Part shown: positions 54,235-64,000 of the stretch, piece after piece
Layout: each line of letters opens with the position of its first letter
Position numbering within the stretch: position 1 is the stretch's first letter
Source of the DNA: Camelus ferus
Taxonomy: Eukaryota
Length of the DNA: 64,000 nucleotides
Assembly: GCF_009834535.1 (NCBI RefSeq)
Contig: NC_045697.1
Coordinates: forward strand, 90,088,001-90,152,000
Reading direction: 5' to 3'
The notes under the pieces: model-generated
Told to the model about the DNA's origin: nothing
What the model saw: the letters and a program-made list of their open reading frames with translations, nothing else
The model's database searches: none
Made by a program: the position numbers and the translations under genes

Positions 54235-55409
54235 TAGCAAATCAAGAAGTTCAGAATAACTAAGTACTAAACAGATTGGGACTAACCACAAATTCAGTCT
54301 GAGTTCAGAGAAGAACATATCTGTACAACCCTCACTGTTCGAAAACTATGAATCCAGTCGCCTATTGCATGTAAACTTTACATCAGTTTCTTCCTCAACA
54401 TTTCCACAGTATATCTAGGTTTAGAGACCAGTATTTACAAGCAGAGGAAGAAGACATCAAGCACAGCTGCTCCTCTCTTCACTGTATTATACTTACTGTC
54501 ATCTGGTGTCACTAATGGTTTTAAATTATATAAGAGAATTTGAAAGTTTTACAGATTTCCTTCAGCCTTCGAGTTGGTGGACTGGATTGTTTGTGCTATA
54601 CCTGTTCGAAATCAATAAAGATTTTTTGATACTGAAGTTCAAATAAAACCTGCTACTTTAACACCACTCCCAGAATCAGAGCAGTTCACATATTCTCCTG
54701 AGGGATCAGAAACAACTTCAGAAGGCACAAATTTCTTAATAACTTTTGTATGATTTAGATACTTGGCTTACACTATAGAAAATAGGATAAATATTCTCCA
54801 AGATTCTGACAGTATGATGTAACTGTCAGAAATTAGGAATGACATCAAAATAAAATTGATCTTGCCCTGGAAATACTGTCAGAAAAAAAAACTTACTGCC
54901 AAGCATTCTATAATTAGTATCAATATTTTGGCATAATTAACAAGTTTTAATTTGTTCATATGCGATAGATAGCTCAATATACTTATCACTGAGGATATAT
55001 CTTGCAATGTATTCTTCTAACAAGCACGTGTACTGAGAAAGCATGTGACATAAATAAATTTAATATGATGAAATGGAGATTCTTATTTTTAGTGAAATTG
55101 GGAAACTGCCCACAATCTTTGAAACATTTCCAGATCACTATCACCTTAGCCTTAGTTTAGGAGATTTGAGACAAGCTTAAATAAAATTCTAAAATACATG
55201 CAGAAATATTTCTTGAGAAAAATCTTCACTATGCTCACAGTTCTTGATGCAGTCTGTTTCTCCATCTCAATGACAAATAAATGCAGAGTCTTGTCTAGGA
55301 GACTTAGTTTTCACAAAGGAATGTCAACTTCATCATGCATTTGTTGGATTCTGAATTATTTGTAGCCAAGCATCCATCTTTCTTTGACAGTGTAAAATTA
55401 GGCAGACTT

Positions 55410-56310
55410 GACTCAAAAATATAAAGTATGAAAAATTAAAATGCAAATGAAAAACTGAAATAATACTTATGTATGACAAAGGATTAACAGCTTGACTGTA
55501 TTAAGAATTTTAAAATACTGCACTAAGAATTTTTTAGATGTGTTCTGCAAAAAAAATAATGAGTTTAAAGCGACAACATTTCTTAAAGTCAGTTTGGAAC
55601 TATAATAATCAGAATAATTACTAACATTAATTGGATGCCACGAACATGCTTAGTACTTTTATTTAATATCAAATGCAATCCTCATAGCAAACCTATAAGG
55701 AAGATATTACTATAATCCCTAATTTTCAAATCAAGAAACTGAACCACAAAAATGTTAAACAACCTATTTAAAGTCAAGGAGACATGAAGTAGATAAAACC
55801 AATATTCAAATTCATGCAGTTGGACCTCAGAGCCTAAAAATTGGTTTGACCTTTGATCCAGTCAAAATTTCCACTGTCTTCTAGAAATGTTTTCCAATAA
55901 ATTATTAAGGATTCACACAAAGATTAATGCACAAACATGCTTAGGGCAGCGTCATTTATAACAACAAAATCTCGGAGACAGTATCCATTCCTAATACTAG
56001 GATATTGGTTGAGTAATTTATGGTTACTCATACATAGTTATGCAGCAATTTAAAATCATTTCTCAAAGAATTTTCCAGGGCATGGAAAATGGTCAGATAT
56101 ACTGCAGTGTGAAAAAAACAATATGTGAAATATAAGTCCAAATTTGTATGTGGAAATCAGGTTGGTATTAATAGAGAGCAAAATTGCTAGAATGATACAT
56201 ATCAAAATGTTTGTAACAACAGTTACTTCTGGCTAGAGAAATTCTAGATTTTTCATTTCTTGTTTTATAGCTTTCTGTGTTTCAACAGTTTCTATTAAAA
56301 AAATCATTTA
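55410..56310 (+). mobile_element. Very old L1ME-type 3' region, interrupted by a MIR
   Basis: tatgacaaaggattaacagc, acctttgatccag, ggttgagtaatttatggttactcatacatag, catatcaaaatgtttgtaacaacagttacttctgg. Confidence 0.65.
55612..55835 (-). mobile_element. MIR SINE
   Basis: aataattactaacattaattgg...aatcctcatagcaaacctataaggaagatattactataatccctaattttcaaatcaagaaactgaa. Confidence 0.75.
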
Positions 56311-57439
56311 TTACATCTAGTAAAAACTAAGTTGAAAAAAACTCATAATTTGTGGCATAACCATAACAACTTTTAAGCCTTAACTATATTCATTCTATTT
56401 ACCTCCCTTGGTTTCTACTTTTTATTTCATTTTTCCTTAGGTATAATTTTTTTAATTTCTTATTTGTAGTTTACCATTTACTGTTTGTGCTTTTATTGTA
56501 AAATGTCTTAAATGCTAATGGAATCCGATATAAAACTGCAAAATGTAAACAGTTTAGTAGCCTCGTCTGAAACTCCCATTACCTCCATTATCAGATCTAA
56601 AACACATTACTAGTGTAACATACAAACTTGAATAAATGGTCCTTTTTAACCAAATGCAAATCCATTATACTGTCTTTTCATGTTTAATCCTCCATCAGCT
56701 GAACATTTTACATAAATTTTCGCAAAAACATCATTTGATCTGAGAACATCTCCCAGAACCTGGAACATATTTTTCCAGTCTGCAACTTACAGTATAAATA
56801 TCATATACATGATTTCCAAGAGACTTTGACATATCATAGTATCTTTACATACAACTTTTATGTGTGCTATTCATTTGCATAGAAATCTAATACTTTTGAA
56901 AGCACTTTCATATGCATTATTTTAATTAATCCTTATAACAAGCCTACAAAACAAGTATCACTGGACAAAGTTAACAGATAAAAACGTCACGATAGGCACC
57001 AATTCTATTATTTTTCTAACAAAAGATTTACTTTCTTTAGCATCACTAGCAGATTTGGCAATATTGTCTCCACAATATATGTCGTGAATTGGTGCTTTCA
57101 GAGAAGCATTTTGAGGACCACCAGAATTTCTGATTCCATCCAACTCAATATTGTTTATTACAACCATGAGCTAAGATTTAAAAAAAAATTCTGGGAGCAT
57201 ATATATATCATCCACTCATATAGTATACGCCTGTCACACCAGACTGAACTTTGCTAAAATGTGTATTCAATGTATGCCAAGCATATCACACACACACACA
57301 CACAGAGGCTTTTCCTGTGCTGAATAATTAAGCTTTAGATGTGTTCTTCCTTAAAGATGAAATACAGACTTCTCATTAAAAGTCAAATCTTCCCTTTCAA
57401 AATACAGAAAAAAAGTTCCTTTTTTAAAACCCCAGATGG

Positions 57440-57960
57440 TTAAATGAATGCTTTTGAAATTTTTCTGCTTGAGAATATTCTTTAGCCTAATAATTCCCCT
57501 GAGACTCTTCTCTCTCTCAGTTCTCATAATAGTTTCTTCTCAGTCTTCAATCACTGTTACATTTAACAATAATGGCCGTTTCCTTGCCTTCAAAGTTCCT
57601 CTTCCATTGGTTCCTCAATGACTCTCCCTTCTCTCTAATGACTCCCTGGACAGGTTGCATTCTGGAAATCCAACAGACTCAGCCCCTGCCTCTCTCTCTG
57701 CATTTGTACCATTCACATATCTCTGAAAGCACTAGTCATACAGTTTCTAAAAATACCTCTTGGTCATGATGATATCTTCCTGAGTTAGATTTTAGCTCCA
57801 ACATTAATTTTTCATACCTCTTGGTCATGATGATACCTTCCTGAGTTAGATTTTAGCTCCACCATTAATTTTTCTACTCTTAGAGAGTATCAGGAATTAC
57901 AAACACAAAGGTGAATCTTTTCCAATACCCTAACCTTTACTTACCACAGGGAAGTAGGCA
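57440..57960 (+). mobile_element. L2 fragment
   Basis: tttccttgccttcaaagttcctcttccattggttcctc, catgatgatatcttcctgagttagattttagctcc, and a pyrimidine-rich L2 body. Confidence 0.55.
57753..57874. repeat. 61-bp tandem duplication (2 copies, 2 mismatches)
   Basis: atacctcttggtcatgatgata(t/c)cttcctgagttagattttagctcca(a/c)cattaatttttc at 57753-57813 and 57814-57874. Confidence 0.97.
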
Positions 57961-59994
57961 CCACTGCGCTTTATGAAGCTAACTCATATATAGTGACCGA
58001 AGAATGAGAGAACCAGTGCAGCAGGAGGAAAATAAATGTAATGAAAAATGAAGTGTTTGTGGAGAGGGGAAGACCTAGCCCCAGGTGATAGAAACCTAGC
58101 TAAAAACCCTAAAATTTGCGACAAATAAATGAGACTTCTCTATGCACATTCAGACATTATTCTTTCCCCAAGTCATTTTATTACAGGATTTCTACTGAAG
58201 ACATCAAGTAAAAGATTCTAGAACAAGAGCTAAGGTGTTGGCATTATGGATGTATTTAATGCAGCACATTTGAGCCCAGAGTTTGTGAGATGTGTAAAAA
58301 TGTCTGTCTGTGTAAGTGTCCATCTTAGGAAAGTGTTGATCAGAAATGTTGATGCTCTCAACCATCACTTTGAATTTGTGCAAAGCATTAACCATCACAT
58401 TGAAAGATCCACAGTTTAGCCTTCGTTGCTCTCACATGTGCTTAGCTTTGACTGTGCCAAAAAAGTGGGCATTCTGCCTCCAAAAACAACAAGTGGTTGT
58501 ATTCTGCATATTCTCTGCCCCCCCCCTTGATGACACCCCTGATTGCATCTAACCTGCCAGCAGAACTGGACTGGAAAACAAGAGCTTTCATTTGGCCACA
58601 AGAACAAAGAACAATTGTTTCTGTTAAGCAGTGAAGTTTCTAATGCAGCCAGAGGTTACAGAAAAGAATCCTCAGAAGGGAAAGAGAAAAAAATCCCCAT
58701 CATGTCAGCACTGTCAGTGACCAAAGCCATACTCCAGTGTATGACCTATGGCCCTCAAAGCAGACGAATATTTCTTCCTCTATAAAGTGAGTGTTATTTG
58801 ATTAAATGAATGTTTCTCTAATAAATAGCATACTAAAGGTCTTTCGAAAAGCTCTGAACAACCCTCTTATCTGGAGCCAAATAAAAGATATATTGGCAAA
58901 AACAAAACTTTCATCCAAATTAATAATGTCTTTATATATCCCTGTCCAGATCTGCAGTGGCTCAAGATTGGGAGGCATTTCCCCGGTAATCGTCCTCTAA
59001 CCACTGAGTTTTCAAGCAAAGCCAGCGTTCTCTGTATTAAAGTTAATAGGCCCTATTTCTGAAGGTGTCTTTGTCCTCCTGGTCATTACCACTGTGTGAT
59101 AATTAGTCAATCACAAAAGGGCTGATTATTTCACATGTCAGTACAAAGGCACTTTGGATCCTATTTAAAATTAAAAAAAATAAAATGTGACCTAACTTCA
59201 GTACAAGATATATACAGTCCCCTCTTGATTTTCCTTTTTTTTTTTTTTTTTTTAATCTTCACTCTTCTCCTTTTTGAAATCTGATTTTTTGGCCGGAATA
59301 CACTATCCGCATATTCTGAAAGTGGCATTAGTGAAAAAGAAACTCTTAGTGATACCTCAGGAGCCTGAATGAGTTGCTCATCTTGGACCATCACCTTCTG
59401 GGCATCATCCCAGACATAACATCACTGTTCATTTGAGAACTAATTGGTATCCATATTGGTGGCTGCTAGAAAATTAAACAGGCAGATCACTCTCTCATTT
59501 CCCTATTTAAGATGTCTCCATATTCAAGATCTGTGGTAAAGTAGTAAATGAGAACATATACTCCTTCTTGTAATACATGCCACAATAACTTAAAGATGAA
59601 CACAAAATAAGTAGCACAGTGCTTTAATCTTCCAAGTGAACTAACTTCTCTCTGAGAACAAAATATAATGAAACTTGGAATCTGGTATCTGCTCTATAAA
59701 TTTACTTCCTAGACAATTAGGACCCCAGAATGCTGACTCAGGGTAGGTTCCCACATCTTGGATGTGCTTAAAGTGAAGTGCCCCTGGTCCACAGTTATTG
59801 GCATGGATCAAATGATTTACTGAGAAAAATACACACAGACGAGCTCTGGCCCCAATAATGGTGTCTGAAGTGTCAATTACAAAAGAGGCCAGACACTCAG
59901 TGAAAAGTAAAATAGTACAGATATTATGTACCCACTGCTGACTGTGGTTACCAGTTTCAATCTTACAATGACCTCATGAGGGTTTACTTTGGGG

Positions 59995-60390
59995 TGATAT
60001 TAGTTGGGGTATAAGATGAGCAGCTGTAGCTGTAACAAACAGAGCCAAAGTACAAGGGCTTAGACAAAGCAAAAGATGATTCCTCTCTTATGGAAAATTC
60101 CAGGACGGGTAATGGGCTCTGCTCCACGGGGGTGTCTGGGGACTCTGCTGCTGGGGCTGCTCTACCTGCCTTCACTTGTGGTTTCCATATCTGTGTGTAA
60201 AGTGACTGCTACAGTTGTCACCACGATCCAGCAGGTATAAAACAAAAAGTAGGAAGTTCAAAGGAAATGGTGGGCCTCTGAGAAGCACCTGGGAGGTTGC
60301 CACATCACTTCCCGCAAATAAGCAAGATCTGGAGAGATTCACTGAGGTGTCTTTGCATGGTTGCAAAGTATGGAAAATGTATGGTAGAGA
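59995..60390 (-). mobile_element. MLT1-type MaLR LTR (MLT1H/I/J-like)
   Basis: Reverse MLT1 3' end: tattagttggggtataag...agctgtaacaaacagagccaaagtacaagggcttagac. Confidence 0.7.
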
Positions 60391-60404
60391 TCACTGCCAT
60401 TTAT

Positions 60405-60515
60405 CTGTGTGATCATGGGTAAAACATTGGCCCTCTCTGGACCATCATTTCTTTACATGTAAAACTTTAAAGTTATTATTTCCAAGGACCTCTGAAGCTC
60501 TGAAATTCTATGGTT
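60405..60515 (+). mobile_element. MIR3/MIRc fragment
   Basis: tgtgtgatcatgggtaaaacattggccctctctggaccatcatttctttacatgtaaaa...agctctgaaattctatg. Confidence 0.65.
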
Positions 60516-60734
60516 ATGTTCATAAATATGTACATGTAAATATAAAACTGATAATGTGCTACAGATTAGGAATTTAGAGGAATCAGATTTGAACCAATCT
60601 CTCCTAGCCTGAGCTTTGGAGAAGCTGCCCCTTTTGTTTGATTTTTATCATTTTATAGCCAGCATTATCCAAAATAAGTTTTATGTAACTTTAATCACAT
60701 AAAGTGTTCTGAGAAAAAAGTGCCCTATGGCATT

Positions 60735-61160
60735 TTAATTGGAATACTTTTGGTTATAAGTAGGAAAAAAAAGAACTAGATTAAGAAAGCGGGAGAATGT
60801 TTATAAGGAATATGGAATGTCACATGGAACTTAAGGTCAAGAATGTGACTAGACGCAGAAGCAGCTAGATCCAAGGACTCAAATGCTCTTAGGACTTCTC
60901 TTTTTTTCCTCCCTGCTTCATTCTTCTGTTTCTTGGTGGAAACCAGGCTCTTTTCACCTATACATGGTGGGAAGGAAGGCTACCAACAGTTCCTGAGTAT
61001 TATAATTTACCCACAATCCAAGCACCCAAGCAAGACTAGCCCAAATCTCTTTCAGTTCTAAATTCAAAAATCCTGCAACAAAGACTCATTGGCCCTGCAG
61101 CATCAAGTCCTCCCTCAGGCAAAGCAGTAGAAGGCAGAGTCACACTATAACATGGCTGCC
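60735..61160 (-). mobile_element. MLT1K/L-like MaLR LTR
   Basis: tttggttataagtaggaaaa, gctagatccaaggactcaaatg, aagactcattggccc. Confidence 0.6.
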
Positions 61161-61789
61161 TTTTTACATGTAATTCTTGGAAGAGTTCGAGTTCTGAGCC
61201 CATAATCTCACAGGGATAGGTACACAGAAAAATGCTGCTTTAGCACAGACCCTTCTTAGAGAGTCACAGAGCATATCAACAAACTTAAACTTGCAAAAAT
61301 CCTAAAATAAGCTGTTGAATTTCATGTTCTCACCAAATTTTATAAAATTTTTAAAAGATTTGTATACAAAGTATGCATAAAACATTTGAATTCAAATATA
61401 TGTATATTTGAATATATATATATCTCCCACTTGAACATTCTTCCCTGGAAATAAATGTGTCACTTATTCCAACTGATTCTACTCCATCACAGTCATTCTG
61501 TGGCTCATCAATATTATCAAATAGCTGTGTGTCTTCTCATTAACACTCTAGGTTCCCTGGAAACCCAATGAGAGATGAGTTAGCTTTTTGAATGTTTTGA
61601 AATATGGACAAAATAAAGTACTCAGGATTTTTAGATGGGGTCATATTGTGATAAATAACTAGTTCACAGAAGCAATAAGGTTAGAGATAGGTATGGTCTT
61701 TCTCTAAAGTTTGTGCTGAGAGGACATCCTCTTTCCATTGGGAATAGCACTAACCAACAAACCAATAAAACATTGCCTCTTTCCAAAAT

Positions 61790-62300
61790 AACATATACTC
61801 TACCACAGTATGATAAATGAGATATGGCTGGTACTTGACCAGTGCTGCACTAGTCTTGAAAGAAGAAAGGAGTAATCACTTCTGGTTCGGGCAGGAAGAA
61901 AAGCCTTAAAAGATGAGTAGGGTTTTATTAGGCAAACACTGAAGGTACTTCTATGGTGGAATGCTAAGATCAGAAAAATACATGTAAAAGGTACAAAAGT
62001 GAAAAGCTCAGGACACATCCCGGCAATGGTAAATTATGTAAGTAGGCTAAAAGCTACAGTATATGTCTGAAAATAACACGAAGTAAGGGGTAAAAAGACA
62101 TTATATCTACATTTATGAGGTTCTAGAATGCTAATTAAAGAAATTTACACTTCATTCTATAAGCAGTAAGGGAACTTTGATAGTTTTATGTTCTGTTTTG
62201 TTTTTTATTTTTGTCAAGGAGCTGCTTTGTTCAAGGTATTTTTTTCAAGAAAATTAATGCATCAGTGATGTGATGGAAAAAGCAGGATACACAGGAAAGA
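61790..62300 (-). mobile_element. L2 fragment
   Basis: cacagtatgataaatg, gccttaaaagatgagtagggtttt, aaatttacacttcattctataagcagtaagggaac. Confidence 0.65.
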
Positions 62301-62321
62301 GAAACAGTCTCTATTCCTTGA

Positions 62322-62785
62322 TGTGGCAGATTATACTTTCCAAAGATGGTTATATCAGTATCTCATATCCTCCATGATCTTCTTACAATGGGAAATTGAC
62401 ATTACACCCCTTTCCTTTGGAGCACAGTGGACGTTAGTGACTTTCTTGATCACTACAGTATAGCAGAATTGATAGTATATGACTTCTAAAACTAGACCAT
62501 AAAATGCCAAGTACTTCTGCCTCATTCTCTTTGGCTGGTATCTCTTGAAATCCACTTTCTGTGCTATGAAACCCAAACCAGAGCAATATGAGAGATCATA
62601 ATAAGAGCCACAGTGTAGGTGTTCCAGCTGACAGTCCAAATAAGGTCTCAGCCTATAACCAGCAACAACGTCCAGACATGAGAGTTGATGCCTCCAGATG
62701 TCCCAAAGCTCAGCCACAGAATAATTCCTAGTCTTCAAATCTTCCCAGCTGAGACCTCAAACATAGTGAAATAGAAACAAACTAA
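62322..62785 (+). mobile_element. MLT1G/MLT1H-like MaLR LTR, 3'-truncated
   Basis: tgtggcagattatactttccaaagatgg...gacttctaaaactagaccataaaa...gttccagctgacagtcc...tcttcccagctgagacctcaaacatagtg. Confidence 0.8.
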
Positions 62786-62789
62786 ATCT

Positions 62790-62907
62790 TTGGTACAACT
62801 GCCTTGGACTAGGCAGTTCCATGGGGCTAAGTGAAATTCTCGATAAGGGGCAGAGCTACAAACCATCAGCTTGGGAATCTGTGAGGAGAACTTCACAATC
62901 CACTACA
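62790..62907 (-). mobile_element. Partial 3' LTR (LTR16-like) of the adjacent ERVL remnant
   Basis: On the minus strand a PPT-like caaggagtagac is followed directly by TGTAGTGGA, the LTR16-type start. Confidence 0.65.
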
Positions 62908-64000
62908 GTCTACTCCTTGCACCGCTCAGATTGCCTCCTTCTCAAAGTAAGTTCATCCCATCTGGAAAGAGTTTCCGCCCTGTTTTGATTGGTCTTATTT
63001 TCTGGGAAAACTTACAAGCGAAGTGTTAACGGAATGAACCACAGCCCCCACTGTTGCAGCTCTTGAGGCTATTAACTGTTAATCATCATTCCCCTTTCCA
63101 CTGCCCTTATAGATTCCCCTCATCCTTGGCTAGTAACTCTAATTCATGCTAATTCTAATGACAAGCAGACAATCCTCTGCTTCCAAAGAGTGAACACATG
63201 GAACAAAATTCTCTCCCCTTGTCTTTAAAATTCAGAAAGAAATCACCTTTTTCCCCTGGCCATTTCCATTGAGATACTAAGAGATGGACTAGGCAAACTG
63301 CCTGATAGAATGACCCAGACCTTCATCTCTGTGAGTCCAGATCCCTAGTTACTGTGCTCTTCTCAGGCTATGGCTGAAGGTATAGAAACACTGAGAGATG
63401 TCCAAACAAATCACCTAAATAGCAAACATACTATTCTCTGTCCACGTTGTCTAGCAGCAGCCCTACCTCTTCTGGATGATCAGGGTCATTTACCTCTGCC
63501 AGTGTGATTACTCCATTCTTCCTTATTGCCTCCTTGCCACAAGAAGCCTAAAGTGATCAAGGGGTTTACCAAGCATTGTGCTTCTTTCTTAGGAATAGAG
63601 ATGATGAAAATGATCCATCTTTTACTTTGGAGGTGATGTCACACAGCATGCTCTAGCCTATTAAAATCCAAAAAGCCTTAACTAATACTGTGGGTAATTG
63701 AATCATCATAGGGTTCATCTCCTTCCTTCTGCCTACCAAGCCTTCAAATGTACTAGCCTTTTCCCAGTAGCTCATTTTGTATAATTACCATGATACAATC
63801 AGTATAGTACAAATAAGAAATAATAAGATAATCTATGGAATGTCCAGGCAGTCCAGCTCCTCTGGACTATATGATGACAAAGGGCAGGAGTGGTAAGATC
63901 ACTGTTAACTCTCTTCATGGGAAAAGATTAGAAAAGTATGCTTTTGTCTGTGAATGCAGCAGGCTCTGATTTTCCTTCTCAAAGGTTTATGACCCTGGGA
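62908..64000 (-). mobile_element. ERVL-class (HERV16/ERV3-16A3-like) internal remnant with degenerate RT and dUTPase-like segments; runs off the window
   Basis: Manual minus-strand translation gives SPALCHHIVQR, LDCLDIP, EMNPMMIQ, DITSKVKD, KKEAQCLV (ERVL RT) and GVITLAEVNDPDHPEEVGLLLDN (ERVL dUTPase-like); many stops and frameshifts. Confidence 0.85.

Noticed and set aside
53344..54259. Two ORFs with reverse-transcriptase motifs as a host gene or a retron/RT system
   Set aside because: They are standard L1 ORF2 sequence, frameshifted and truncated
57753..57874. Direct repeats as a CRISPR-like array
   Set aside because: Only two abutting copies, no spacers, and a mammalian context
59233..59400. 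Poly(T) tract as the tail of a minus-strand processed pseudogene
   Set aside because: No TSD, polyadenylation signal or recognisable parent gene found
62355..62738. 127-aa ORF
   Set aside because: Antisense reading of an MLT1 LTR
1..64000. Known miRNA, snoRNA, tRNA, NUMT or non-retroviral endogenous viral element
   Set aside because: None recognised by eye; an Rfam/miRBase/BLASTX search would be needed to exclude them

Overview
AT-rich, CpG-depleted mammalian genomic DNA that looks intronic or intergenic. It contains no prokaryotic features, CRISPR array or rRNA/tRNA gene, and no host protein-coding exon that I can recognise. A large share is decayed interspersed repeat: MIR, L2, old and younger L1, MaLR/ERVL LTRs (MLT1, MLT2, LTR16, LTR33), a deleted ERVL provirus remnant at the right end, and DNA-transposon fossils (MER5, MER58A, MER53, MADE2, Zaphod). 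The youngest L1 3' ends are of cetartiodactyl type, and I saw no Alu, B1/B2, BovB/Bov-tA, PRE-1, CHR-2 or Can-SINE, which tentatively points to a camelid. The only ORFs with recognisable protein homology are L1 ORF2 fragments; degenerate ERVL pol/dUTPase and hAT transposase motifs are also visible by manual translation. Unique segments hold several enhancer-like motif clusters and a few candidate, probably non-coding, exons, mostly on the minus strand. Repeat names come from recalled consensus similarity rather than a database search, and most boundaries are approximate. I found no convincing novel biological system, so the findings are modest leads.
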